The notes beneath the pieces are model-generated. The model was given only the letters and a program-made list of their open reading frames with translations, was not told where the DNA came from and did no database searches. This document shows, piece by piece, positions 38,408-46,830 of a stretch of 52,081 nucleotides of DNA. Every line of letters begins with the position of its first letter. The first letter of the stretch is position 1. Source of the stretch: Butyrivibrio sp. (GTDB lineage: Bacteria > Bacillota > Clostridia > Lachnospirales > Lachnospiraceae); the NCBI GenBank assembly GCA_017445665.1, contig JAFSTR010000169.1, positions 1-52,081 on the forward strand. Direction: 5' to 3'. A program made the translations under genes and the position numbers.

Positions 38408-40198
38408 ATGAGAGTGATGAATATTAAAGGAACAGGATCGGGAATAACCAAGATACGTACAAAGCTGATCCTGTCACAGATATTCATTGCCCTCATCCCC
38501 TTTGTGCTTCTTGGAATTGTCGGAGGACTCTTTTCAATCAGGGAAGCAAGAAAAAATGTGACACAGCGTACATCCCAGACAGTTACTCAGGTGAGCCAGA
38601 CTCTGGATACCTACATGGAAGACCTTGAAAAGCTCGTACTCACGGTATCTGATGAGATCGAAGTTGCAGATCTGGGACATGACTGGGAATCGGAAACCTT
38701 GAGAGTCAGGGGCTCGATGCAGAGCATCATGGGAAGATATGATGAGATCGCGGGCATGCTGTATGCGGATTCTGGGGACAGGTATATCAGCACCGGTATC
38801 ACCAGGATATCCAGAGACTCTTTTCAGAAGGAGAGCTGGTATAAAGCTGCACTTTCCAATCCCGACAAGGTGCACATGATAAGTACGGTCACAGGAAGAA
38901 ACATCGCTACCGATGTAGGATATTCGGTGGACGATGTCTTTTCCATAGTAAAGGCAGTTAAGGATAAGGAGACAGGCAAGGTCGAGGGCGTACTCCTTAT
39001 GGATATAGGACACAGCATCATATCCTCGGCCATAACCGATTCGCAGCTTGGCGGAGAGGGCTTTGTCTTTGTCCTGGACGAAGAAGATCACATGGTATAC
39101 ACACCGATAAATCCCGTGGTTTACAGGATCAAGCCGCAGTGGCTTACGGATGAAGATGAGACTTTGACGGTGGATATAGGAGGCGGAAGATATCTTATCC
39201 GCTATAAAACGTCAAACAAGACGGGCTGGAAGACGGTAAGCGTCAAATCCTATGATGAACTGATGGGCGACTTTAACAGGATGATCGGGATCTTTGCAGT
39301 GATCCTTGTGGCTACCCTCATCCTTGTACAGTACCTGTCCATCAGGGTTTCGGATAACATCACAAGGCCGATAAAGCGCCTGAGGGATCTGATGATGCAG
39401 ACGGAGGAAGGTAATCTCTCACTGAGATTTGAGAGTGACAGTCACGATGAGATCGCGGACCTCGGCATGAGCTTTAACCACATGATCAAGAGGATCCGTG
39501 AGCTTTTGGACAGAGTAAGGCAGGAGGAAGACCTTAAGAGAAAGGCTGAGCTGAAGATAGTTCAGGAGCAGTTCAAGCCACACTTTTTATATAATACACT
39601 TGATACCATCAACTGGATGGCAAGAGAACATGGGGCAAAAGACATTGTAAATCTCGTTGATGCGCTGACAAATGTCTTCAGGATAAGCCTCAGTCACGGC
39701 AAGGATTACATCACGATCAAAGAAGAGATAAATTATATTTCCAGTTATCTCTATGTTCAAAAGACAAGGTATGAGGATAAGCTTTTATTCGAGATTGATG
39801 CGGATGAGGACTGCATGCAAAGGCAGGTGCCCAAGCTCATCCTGCAGCCTCTTGTGGAAAATGCCATCTACCACGGCATTAAGCTAAAAAGAGGGACCGG
39901 ACATATCGGAATATCCGTTCACAGGGTGGACGACAGGATATGCATGACTGTAGAGGACGACGGAAAAGGAATGGATGAGAACACCAGGGATTCACTGAGG
40001 GACCTTCTTAAGACAGGGGAGAGGACCGATGATATCAAGGTGGATGACAACCAGAGTTTTGGCCTTTTCTATGTAAAAGAAAGACTGCAGCAAAGATACA
40101 GAGACAGCTACAGCGTTGAAGTCGAAAGTACTCAGGATATAGGTACAAGGATATCCATTTATATACCTTTTTTTGAAGAGGAGAACATGTCGATTTGA
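38408..40198 (+). CDS. Sensor histidine kinase, YesM-type (dCache-HAMP)
   Basis: QEQFKPHFLYNTL; ILQPLVENAIYHG; DDGKG. Confidence 0.93.
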   Translation: MRVMNIKGTGSGITKIRTKLILSQIFIALIPFVLLGIVGGLFSIREARKNVTQRTSQTVTQVSQTLDTYMEDLEKLVLTVSDEIEVADLGHDWESETLRVRGSMQSIMGRYDEIAGMLYADSGDRYISTGITRISRDSFQKESWYKAALSNPDKVHMISTVTGRNIATDVGYSVDDVFSIVKAVKDKETGKVEGVLLMDIGHSIISSAITDSQLGGEGFVFVLDEEDHMVYTPINPVVYRIKPQWLTDEDETLTVDIGGGRYLIRYKTSNKTGWKTVSVKSYDELMGDFNRMIGIFAVILVATLILVQYLSIRVSDNITRPIKRLRDLMMQTEEGNLSLRFESDSHDEIADLGMSFNHMIKRIRELLDRVRQEEDLKRKAELKIVQEQFKPHFLYNTLDTINWMAREHGAKDIVNLVDALTNVFRISLSHGKDYITIKEEINYISSYLYVQKTRYEDKLLFEIDADEDCMQRQVPKLILQPLVENAIYHGIKLKRGTGHIGISVHRVDDRICMTVEDDGKGMDENTRDSLRDLLKTGERTDDIKVDDNQSFGLFYVKERLQQRYRDSYSVEVESTQDIGTRISIYIPFFEEENMSI

Positions 40199-42090
40199 CA
40201 AGGGTTTTAAAAGCAAAATGGCACATATTATGTGTGCTGGCGCTGGCACTTATAATGGCGATGACCGTAGGGGGCTGTCATTTTATTCCGCTGAATGATG
40301 GCGGAAGTAAAAAGGGCGTTGCGTCAATAATCGGAGTTTCTCAGGCCAATATGCGCGAAGAGTGGAGAGTAGCGCTTATCAACGAGCTCAGGGAAGAGAC
40401 TGCCAGATATCAGGATATTCAGATCGTGACCACAGATGCAACGGGAAGCGCTGCCAAGCAGATCCAGGATATAGACAATCTCATTGGTTTTGGAATGGAC
40501 CTTCTTATCATTTCTCCCTGCGATGAGAAGATAATGGGAGATAAGATAAAAGAGGTCTATGACAGCGGAATACCTGTAATCGTCATGGACAGGGCAGTTG
40601 AAGGATTTGACTACACCCTGTATATCGGCCCTGACAATGAGGTTATAGGGCAGCAGGCCGGTTCATACATCAAAAATCTGCTGGGAGAAAAGGGCGGAGA
40701 TGTTGTTGTCCTTCAGGGGAATCCTGCATCTGTTCAGGGTACCGAGAGACTCTCCGGCTTTAAGAATGCTATAGACGGAACACCGGATATAAGCCTCCAT
40801 GAGGTTTATATGGGGGCTGAGTCCAAGGATGCAGCCTATGATATGGTGATCACTGCAAAAAGTATTGTGGAGAAGGCGGAGATCATTTTTGCCTACAGTG
40901 ATAACATGGCGCTTGGAGCCTGTGATGCCGTTAAGGCACTGGGGCTTGAGAACAAGGTCATGATCGTAGACTGCGACGGCTTTAAGGGCGCAGATGAGGG
41001 AATTGATCTGGTTTCTCAGGGAAGGCTCAAGGCAACAGTATCCTGTCCCATCGGTGGCAAGGAAGCTATTGACTATGCGCTGTCCATTCTTAATAACGAG
41101 AGCGGAGTTCCAAAGCAGGTCATTCTGAGAAGTAACATCATTGACAAAGAAAATGTAGAAGAGAATCTAAGCCGCATCAATGCAGAAACTGCGGATGACG
41201 GAAAGAGGATAAAGGTCGGCTATTCCCAGGTTGGACAGGAGAGTAACTGGCGTCTTGCAAACACCAAGTCTATTGAGGAGTCGGCCAAGGACTTTAACAT
41301 TGAGCTGCATATGGAGATCGCAGATCAGTCTCAGGAAAAGCAGTTCGAAGCCATAAGATCTTTTATCAGCGAAGGCGTTGACGTTATAGTTGTATCGCCT
41401 GTTGTTGAGACAGGATGGGATGAGGTTTTAAGGGAGGCCAAGGCAGCAGGCATTCCGGTCATCATGTCGGACAGAAACGTCCTTGTTGAGAACAGGGAGG
41501 AGAATCTGACCACCACTTACCTCGGTGCTGACTTTGTGGAAGAGGGACGCAGGGCTATGCGCTGGATCAGAGACAATGTAGAAGCCGGTGATGGTGGCAG
41601 TCACATTATGGAGATCATGGGCAATGTCGGGGCTTCTCCCACAGAGGAGAGAGACAGAGGATTCAGGGAGATCCTCTCTGAGAATCCGGCATATGATATA
41701 TCCTATTCTGCGTATGGAGATTTCACCTTTGAAGGTGGTAAGAAGGTTATCCGGGAATATCTTGAGAAAAATGAGTGGGACATTGACATTATCTTTTCCC
41801 AGAATGATGACATGGCCCTTGGAGCCATAGAAGAGCTCAAGGCTCATGGAATAAAGCCTGATACAGATGTAAAGATAATCTCCGTTGATGCCACAACCGA
41901 GGCTTTTGAGGCTATGGTCAGGGGAGAACTCAGCTGTGCTGTTGAGTGTAATCCCATTATCGGGCCGCAGCTCATGAAGGCCATCAGGGATCTTTGCAGC
42001 GGCAAACAGATGCCGTTCAGGATCATCACAGATGAGAAGGTGTATGATCAGAGTGTGGCAGAAGATTATATAAGAAAGAGATTGTATTGA
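40195..42090 (+). CDS. Tandem two-domain sugar-binding lipoprotein (C-terminal domain YtfQ-like)
   Basis: Lipobox VGGC; two PBP type I repeats (IGVSQAN...WR; VGYSQVGQESNWR...QNDDMALGA...VECNP); TTG start overlapping the HK stop. Confidence 0.85.
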   Translation: MTRVLKAKWHILCVLALALIMAMTVGGCHFIPLNDGGSKKGVASIIGVSQANMREEWRVALINELREETARYQDIQIVTTDATGSAAKQIQDIDNLIGFGMDLLIISPCDEKIMGDKIKEVYDSGIPVIVMDRAVEGFDYTLYIGPDNEVIGQQAGSYIKNLLGEKGGDVVVLQGNPASVQGTERLSGFKNAIDGTPDISLHEVYMGAESKDAAYDMVITAKSIVEKAEIIFAYSDNMALGACDAVKALGLENKVMIVDCDGFKGADEGIDLVSQGRLKATVSCPIGGKEAIDYALSILNNESGVPKQVILRSNIIDKENVEENLSRINAETADDGKRIKVGYSQVGQESNWRLANTKSIEESAKDFNIELHMEIADQSQEKQFEAIRSFISEGVDVIVVSPVVETGWDEVLREAKAAGIPVIMSDRNVLVENREENLTTTYLGADFVEEGRRAMRWIRDNVEAGDGGSHIMEIMGNVGASPTEERDRGFREILSENPAYDISYSAYGDFTFEGGKKVIREYLEKNEWDIDIIFSQNDDMALGAIEELKAHGIKPDTDVKIISVDATTEAFEAMVRGELSCAVECNPIIGPQLMKAIRDLCSGKQMPFRIITDEKVYDQSVAEDYIRKRLY

Positions 42091-42091
42091 T

Positions 42092-43018
42092 ATGATAATA
42101 AACACAGGACAGCGCACTGACATCCCGGCTTTTTACCCTAAGTGGCTCGCTAACAGGTTTAAAGAGGGAGAAGTGTGCGTCCGCAATCCATTTAATGAAG
42201 AAAGGGTCAGCAGGTATAAGCTTAGTCCCGACACTGTAGATGTGGTGGGATTTTGCTCTAAGAATCCTGCGCCCTTTTTTGAGTACATGGATGTGATAAA
42301 GGACTACGGGCAGTACTGGTTTGTGACAATAACGCCCTATGGCAGGGATATCGAGCCGGGAGTGCCTGATAAGCACAAGATTCTGGAGGATTTTAAGACG
42401 CTGTCCGGGATGGTTGGGATTAACAGTATAGGTTGGAGATATGACCCGATACTGGTTAATGACAGGTACACTGCAGAGTATCATCTAAGAGCCTTTGAGC
42501 AGATGGCAGCAGCGCTTGACGGGTTTACCCGTACTGTTGTCATCAGCTTTATTGATCTGTACGAGAAGGTCAAAAGAAATTTCCCGGAGGTCTGCGCAGT
42601 ATCAAGAGAGAACAAGCACTTTCTGGGAAAAGAGATCATAAAGATCGCAGCAGAACATGGCATGGTGGTTAAGCCCTGCGGAGAGGGGCAGTTCCTTTCA
42701 GAGTACGGTGCTGACTGCAGGGGCTGTATGACGATTGAGACTTACGAAAAGGCCATCGGAGCAAAGCTCATTGTTCCAAACAAAAAGCCTGCCAGAAAAG
42801 AGTGCGCCTGCTACCTTTCCGGCGACATCGGCGCCTACGACAGCTGCGGACATCTCTGCAGATACTGCTATGCCAATAACGACATCGAGGCAGTTAAGCG
42901 CAACATGAAGCTCCACGACCCGGATTCACCCTTCTTGATCGGCGGCTACCGCGAGGGAGACATTATCCACGATGTGGAGATGAAATCTTACATCGACAAT
43001 CAACTGAGCCTCTTCTGA
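42092..43018 (+). CDS. DUF1848 family protein
   Basis: RTDIPAFY, FCSKNP, WRYDPI, DIGAYDSCGHLCRYCYAN. Confidence 0.88.
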   Translation: MIINTGQRTDIPAFYPKWLANRFKEGEVCVRNPFNEERVSRYKLSPDTVDVVGFCSKNPAPFFEYMDVIKDYGQYWFVTITPYGRDIEPGVPDKHKILEDFKTLSGMVGINSIGWRYDPILVNDRYTAEYHLRAFEQMAAALDGFTRTVVISFIDLYEKVKRNFPEVCAVSRENKHFLGKEIIKIAAEHGMVVKPCGEGQFLSEYGADCRGCMTIETYEKAIGAKLIVPNKKPARKECACYLSGDIGAYDSCGHLCRYCYANNDIEAVKRNMKLHDPDSPFLIGGYREGDIIHDVEMKSYIDNQLSLF

Positions 43019-43022
43019 TTTT

Positions 43023-43089
43023 GGACCCTGGGGACGGAGTCAAGGGATCATTTTTTGAACCCCAGGGACGGAGTCAAGGGATCATTTTT
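43023..43089 (+). repeat. GGGACGGAGTCA hairpin repeat, tandem copies 1-2
   Basis: Core at 43031 and 43065 (34-bp period); each copy reads ..CCC-(T/C)(G/A)-GGGACGGAGTCA-AGGGATCATTTTT. Confidence 0.9.
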
Positions 43090-43099
43090 CAAGAATAAG

Positions 43100-43108
43100 T
43101 GGTATAAT
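43100..43108 (+). promoter_or_regulatory. Extended -10 promoter for the 59-aa ORF
   Basis: TGGTATAAT, about 43 nt upstream of ATG 43152. Confidence 0.65.
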
Positions 43109-43151
43109 ATTGATATAAATTAATATTTTTTCTTTCTGGGAGGGCAAGACT

Positions 43152-43331
43152 ATGGCAGATTTAGACAAGATCGAAACTCGTGTCACAAAAGAAGAGGAAA
43201 TATACGCTGACCCTGAGAAGGCTGCACTATTTGCAGATGATATCAGCGAAAAGGAGATAAAGCCTGAGATTTCAAAACAGTCGACGGTGGCTTTCACAGA
43301 ACGTGAGCGGCTGTGGGAAGGCATGAAATAA
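43152..43331 (+). CDS. Small acidic hypothetical protein, 59 aa (absent from the ORF track)
   Basis: MADLDKIETRVTKEEEIYADPEKAALFADDISEKEIKPEISKQSTVAFTERERLWEGMK; RBS GGGAGGG; own promoter and terminator. Confidence 0.75.
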   Translation: MADLDKIETRVTKEEEIYADPEKAALFADDISEKEIKPEISKQSTVAFTERERLWEGMK

Positions 43332-43362
43332 AGAGTAACAACTGAATATGGGATAGATCATC

Positions 43363-43392
43363 AAGGCTTCGGAGCGATCCGGAGCCTTTTTT
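43363..43392 (+). terminator. Intrinsic terminator
   Basis: AAGGCTTCGGA-GCGA-TCCGGAGCCTT followed by TTTT. Confidence 0.85.
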
Positions 43393-43403
43393 ATAAAAAT
43401 TTG

Positions 43404-43441
43404 ATAACAGGTATTAACAATTAACAGATGTTAACCGATAA
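43404..43441 (+). promoter_or_regulatory. Candidate BlaI-family operator(s) overlapping the blaI-like promoter
   Basis: Palindrome TTAACAGATGTTAA (43421-43434) plus degenerate ATAACAGGTATTAA (43404-43417); adjacent ACCGATAA/GATAAT -10-like sequence. Confidence 0.7.
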
Positions 43442-43471
43442 TAATATTGAAAAAGAAAAAGGGGGATTATT

Positions 43472-43867
43472 ATGCCAAAAGAAGAGATGCTTCCAAGTGA
43501 AAGTGAATGGATGATCATGGAGACGCTGTGGCGATGTGGGCATGATCTTACCTCTGCGGAGATAGCTGATGCACTGCCAAAATCTTCCAGGATGAACCAG
43601 AGGATGGTCAGGGTTCTTATAAACAGATTATGCAAAAAGGGTAAGCTTAAGTTTACTGTCGATCCCGATGATGCCAGGGTCTATCACTATACGGCTGCCA
43701 GAGGGAGAGATGAGTGCAGGAGAGCAAAGAGCAGCGCTTTTGTGGAGAATTACTTTGAAGGCAACAGACTCTCAGCAGCATTTACTTTGCTGGAGGGCGG
43801 AGGGCTCTCGGCGGAACAGATAAAAGAGCTTGAGGACATCCTCAAAGAAGCCAGGAAGAATATATAA
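43472..43867 (+). CDS. BlaI/MecI/CopY family transcriptional repressor
   Basis: SESEWMIMETLW...VRVLINRLCKKG...LSAEQIKELEDIL. Confidence 0.92.
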   Translation: MPKEEMLPSESEWMIMETLWRCGHDLTSAEIADALPKSSRMNQRMVRVLINRLCKKGKLKFTVDPDDARVYHYTAARGRDECRRAKSSAFVENYFEGNRLSAAFTLLEGGGLSAEQIKELEDILKEARKNI

Positions 43868-43876
43868 GACTCATGG

Positions 43877-45130
43877 ATGAGCGAGGTAGCAGTTATGCAG
43901 GGAATGCCAATGTTTTTTGAATTCGTATGCGTTTATTATTCGACCATACTTGGTTTTTGCGCTATCATATCATTTTTTGTAATGGGAATTATCATGGCCT
44001 TAAGGAGCAGTGTGTTTGCCGGGCATGTCTTTGGCAGAGCTGCTTTGTGGTGCATGCTGATTCCTGTTTTGTTTTGCGGGAAACTAAGAGCCTATTTTGA
44101 GACAAGAATTGGTGTGCATACCATATTCAGGTGGTATAGCTTTTTGTCAGAGCATAGATGGATGTGCACCCTGTATATGGCGGGAATAATAGTATTTGCA
44201 GCACTGCTTATATACAGGCGCGTAAGACTAAAGCGCCTTATCAGGTTCATGCCCGATTCGGAAGATCACTTATCCGTGTATCCTGTCAAAGTATTTTCGG
44301 GTAAAACATCGTCTTTCTGCCTGGGATGCTTTAAGCCGGTTATAGTTGTGCCGGACATTTTACAAGGTGCAGAAAGAGGCGTTGTGATAAAGCATGAAGA
44401 GACGCATATAAGGCTCGGACATCTGTGGATATTACTGGTTTACGATATACTTCGGACTCTCCTCTGGCCCAATATCCTTCTACATTTAGGTGTTAGGTAT
44501 CTGAAAAGAGATCTCGAAGATATTTGTGATCTGGTGACGATACAGAGAAACAACATCGATACGGGATTTTACGGGCGCGTAATTCTCGACTGTGCAAAAG
44601 ACATGTCTGATAGCGGGAGAAAGATTGGATATGAAAGCGGAATGTCTTTTACCACGAATGATAATTACAGGGTCTTGAGAAAGAGACTTGAGCTGATAGT
44701 AAGGGAAAGGGCATATAACTCAAAAGCTGTGCTGGCCGGGGCAGTAATCCTTGTGATGGTGGTTTGTGTTGCGATCGGACTTATAAAGGCTAATTCCTAT
44801 AAGAGAACCAATGACATGGGACAGGTCTGTTCCATGTGCTATCCAGGTGATCTGGACTCTATATTTGTAGATGATGACCAGACTATTGTGACATATGTTG
44901 ACGACGAGTATATATCAATAAACGCCCAAGCCCTTCTTGAACAGTACCCTGAAGCAAAAAGCGGCGATGGATGGTTCTATTTCTCAGTGGGCGGCTACTA
45001 CAAAATCCCGGGAATCGGTGGCGGTGGTGGCTGGGGAGAACTTGATGCAAAAGACATAAATGGCAGTGTTATCATGATCCCCAATCACACAGATATTGAC
45101 TTCTTCGAGCGCCTCATCATGTGGCTATGA
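43877..45130 (+). CDS. BlaR1-like M56 metallopeptidase signal transducer without a penicillin-binding domain
   Basis: TM helices; SFCLGCFKPVIVVP; HEETH zinc motif; LWPN; DLEDICD; LRKRL; short extracellular C-terminal domain. Confidence 0.88.
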   Translation: MSEVAVMQGMPMFFEFVCVYYSTILGFCAIISFFVMGIIMALRSSVFAGHVFGRAALWCMLIPVLFCGKLRAYFETRIGVHTIFRWYSFLSEHRWMCTLYMAGIIVFAALLIYRRVRLKRLIRFMPDSEDHLSVYPVKVFSGKTSSFCLGCFKPVIVVPDILQGAERGVVIKHEETHIRLGHLWILLVYDILRTLLWPNILLHLGVRYLKRDLEDICDLVTIQRNNIDTGFYGRVILDCAKDMSDSGRKIGYESGMSFTTNDNYRVLRKRLELIVRERAYNSKAVLAGAVILVMVVCVAIGLIKANSYKRTNDMGQVCSMCYPGDLDSIFVDDDQTIVTYVDDEYISINAQALLEQYPEAKSGDGWFYFSVGGYYKIPGIGGGGGWGELDAKDINGSVIMIPNHTDIDFFERLIMWL

Positions 45131-45194
45131 CCCCCGGGGACGGAGTCAGGGGATCATTTATGAGCCCTAGGGACGGAGTCAAGGGCTCATTTTT
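45127..45194 (+). repeat. GGGACGGAGTCA hairpin repeat, tandem copies 3-4
   Basis: Core at 45137 and 45170; copy 3 contains the TGA stop of the M56 gene; copy 4 is a perfect ATGAGCCCT/AGGGCTCAT stem. Confidence 0.9.
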
Positions 45195-45220
45195 GAAGCC
45201 AGGGAACAGGAGGTGGTTAT

Positions 45221-46072
45221 GTGAACGGATGGGAAGTCACTGTGAGTGGCAATACAACTCATTACAGAAAAAGACTCTATGATGCATACGGAAATCATGT
45301 CGGAACCATCGGAATCTGCAGACCTACCAAGCAGACCGGTAAGAAAAAGAAGCCGGCACTGTACAGTTTTAAGCAGGTTTCATCCCAGGTTTTGCAGGCC
45401 AAGACCTCTACAAAAGCCATGCAGGTTTCTAACAGTATCAGGGCGAAGATAGGTCTTTTGAAAAAACAGCTTAAGAACGGAGATGTGGATGAAGAAGAGG
45501 TACTGAGGGCAATCCTTCATGCGGAGATGGTTCAAAGAGCTTGTGACAAGAAAAAGAAGAACCTGAAAATGGAAGAGACTGCAGAAAGAAATATTGAGGC
45601 AGAAGAGGAAATGCCTGTAGAAACCGAGGAAGCGCCTGATGAAGCTGCCTCGGAAGAGGAGGTAAAGGAGCTTGAGCAGGCCGAGTTTGAAGCCCTTATG
45701 GAAAAGTTGGAGCTCAGCGCTGATGAGATGATGGAAATGGCGGAAGAGACGGCAACGCTTGACGAGGAGCTGGATGAAATGGCAGAGGCTCTCTCCGGAT
45801 CCATGACGCCGGAAGATCTTGAGCAGCTCAAGGTCAAGCACAGATCGGATGAAGCCAGAGACATATTGAAGGCAGATCTAAAGTATTTGAAGGCACTGTT
45901 TGACCGGCTCCAGTCGGAAAAAGAAAATGCCGGAAAAAGCTCTTTTGCGGGAGCAGGGTCATATGACAGCGGAGTGATGCTATCGCTTGGAGGTGTGGAC
46001 ATGACAGTTATGGATGCAGGAACGACAAGCGCACTGGCAGAAACAGGCGGGACATTTGATGTAGAGGTGTGA
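45221..46072 (+). CDS. Hypothetical protein (basic N-terminus, acidic coiled coil, C-terminal GGTFDVEV)
   Basis: GTG start with AGGAGGT RBS; 283-aa ORF with no recognised domain. Confidence 0.8.
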   Translation: MNGWEVTVSGNTTHYRKRLYDAYGNHVGTIGICRPTKQTGKKKKPALYSFKQVSSQVLQAKTSTKAMQVSNSIRAKIGLLKKQLKNGDVDEEEVLRAILHAEMVQRACDKKKKNLKMEETAERNIEAEEEMPVETEEAPDEAASEEEVKELEQAEFEALMEKLELSADEMMEMAEETATLDEELDEMAEALSGSMTPEDLEQLKVKHRSDEARDILKADLKYLKALFDRLQSEKENAGKSSFAGAGSYDSGVMLSLGGVDMTVMDAGTTSALAETGGTFDVEV

Positions 46073-46092
46073 GATATTTTTTTAGAGAATAG

Positions 46093-46108
46093 ATTAACAG
46101 CTGTTAAC
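46093..46108. promoter_or_regulatory. Second copy of the candidate BlaI-family operator
   Basis: ATTAACAGCTGTTAAC, 15/16 identical to 43420-43435; TTAACAGCTGTTAA is a perfect palindrome. Confidence 0.7.
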
Positions 46109-46113
46109 GAATT

Positions 46114-46147
46114 GTGAGCCCTGGGGACGGAGTCAGTGGCTCATTTT
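46114..46147 (+). repeat. GGGACGGAGTCA hairpin repeat, copy 5
   Basis: GTGAGCCCTGGGGACGGAGTCAGTGGCTCATTTT. Confidence 0.9.
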
Positions 46148-46173
46148 GTGAAAGCGAAAAGGAGGTAACATTT

Positions 46174-46830
46174 ATGAGCATAGGAATTAACACAAATTAT
46201 GGAACAAATGGTTATGTAGGCTTAAATGGCAGCGCAGAGCCGGCTTGGATCAAGGATGATGATAAGGAAAAAGAGAAAGCGTCTTCCGCAGCACAGCCCG
46301 GAGTTATCTATGAAAAGCAGGATGCCAATGCGAGTGCAGCAAAGAGCGAGAAGGACGATGAAAAGGCTATCTACAAGAAATCCAAAGAAGACAGGGCAGC
46401 CATAGTCCAGCAGCTCAAGGCTGACGAGGAGCAGCAGAGGAACAATCTGATCTCCATTGTACAAAAAACGCTCAAGGGTCAGGTCGGAGCTTATGGAACA
46501 GCGAAGGGTGATGATTTTTGGAGACAGCTTGCCGGTGGCAACTTCAAGGTGGATGCTGCTACAAGGGCTCAGGCGCAAAAAGATATTTCGGAAGACGGCT
46601 ATTATGGCGTGAAGCAGACTTCCCAGAGGCTCTTTGATTTCGCATCAGCCCTTGCCGGGGACGACGTGGACAAGATGAAGGAGATGCAGAAGGCTATGGA
46701 GAAGGGATTTAAGCAGGCGACCAAGACCTGGGGACGTGAACTTCCAGCTATATGTAAAGAGACTATGAATGCAGCTAATAAGCTGTTTGAGGACTACTAC
46801 AGCTCAAAAGAGAAAGGGACTGAAGTATGA
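46174..46830 (+). CDS. Conserved hypothetical protein (DUF5610-like C-terminal helical domain)
   Basis: ATG 46174 after AAGGAGGT (the track start 46114 lies inside the repeat); ISEDGYYGVKQTSQRLFDFA...KGFKQA...LP motif; family name from recall. Confidence 0.75.
   Translation: MSIGINTNYGTNGYVGLNGSAEPAWIKDDDKEKEKASSAAQPGVIYEKQDANASAAKSEKDDEKAIYKKSKEDRAAIVQQLKADEEQQRNNLISIVQKTLKGQVGAYGTAKGDDFWRQLAGGNFKVDAATRAQAQKDISEDGYYGVKQTSQRLFDFASALAGDDVDKMKEMQKAMEKGFKQATKTWGRELPAICKETMNAANKLFEDYYSSKEKGTEV

Noticed and set aside
43082-43324. Minus-strand 80-aa ORF
   Set aside because: Antisense shadow of the 59-aa plus-strand ORF, which has promoter, RBS and terminator
43472-45130. Beta-lactam resistance locus (blaI-blaR1-blaZ)
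   Set aside because: No penicillin-binding sensor domain and no beta-lactamase or PBP gene nearby
46114-46173. N-terminal extension MSPGDGVSGSF of the ORF-track protein
   Set aside because: It is a translation of repeat copy 5; the strong RBS supports ATG 46174
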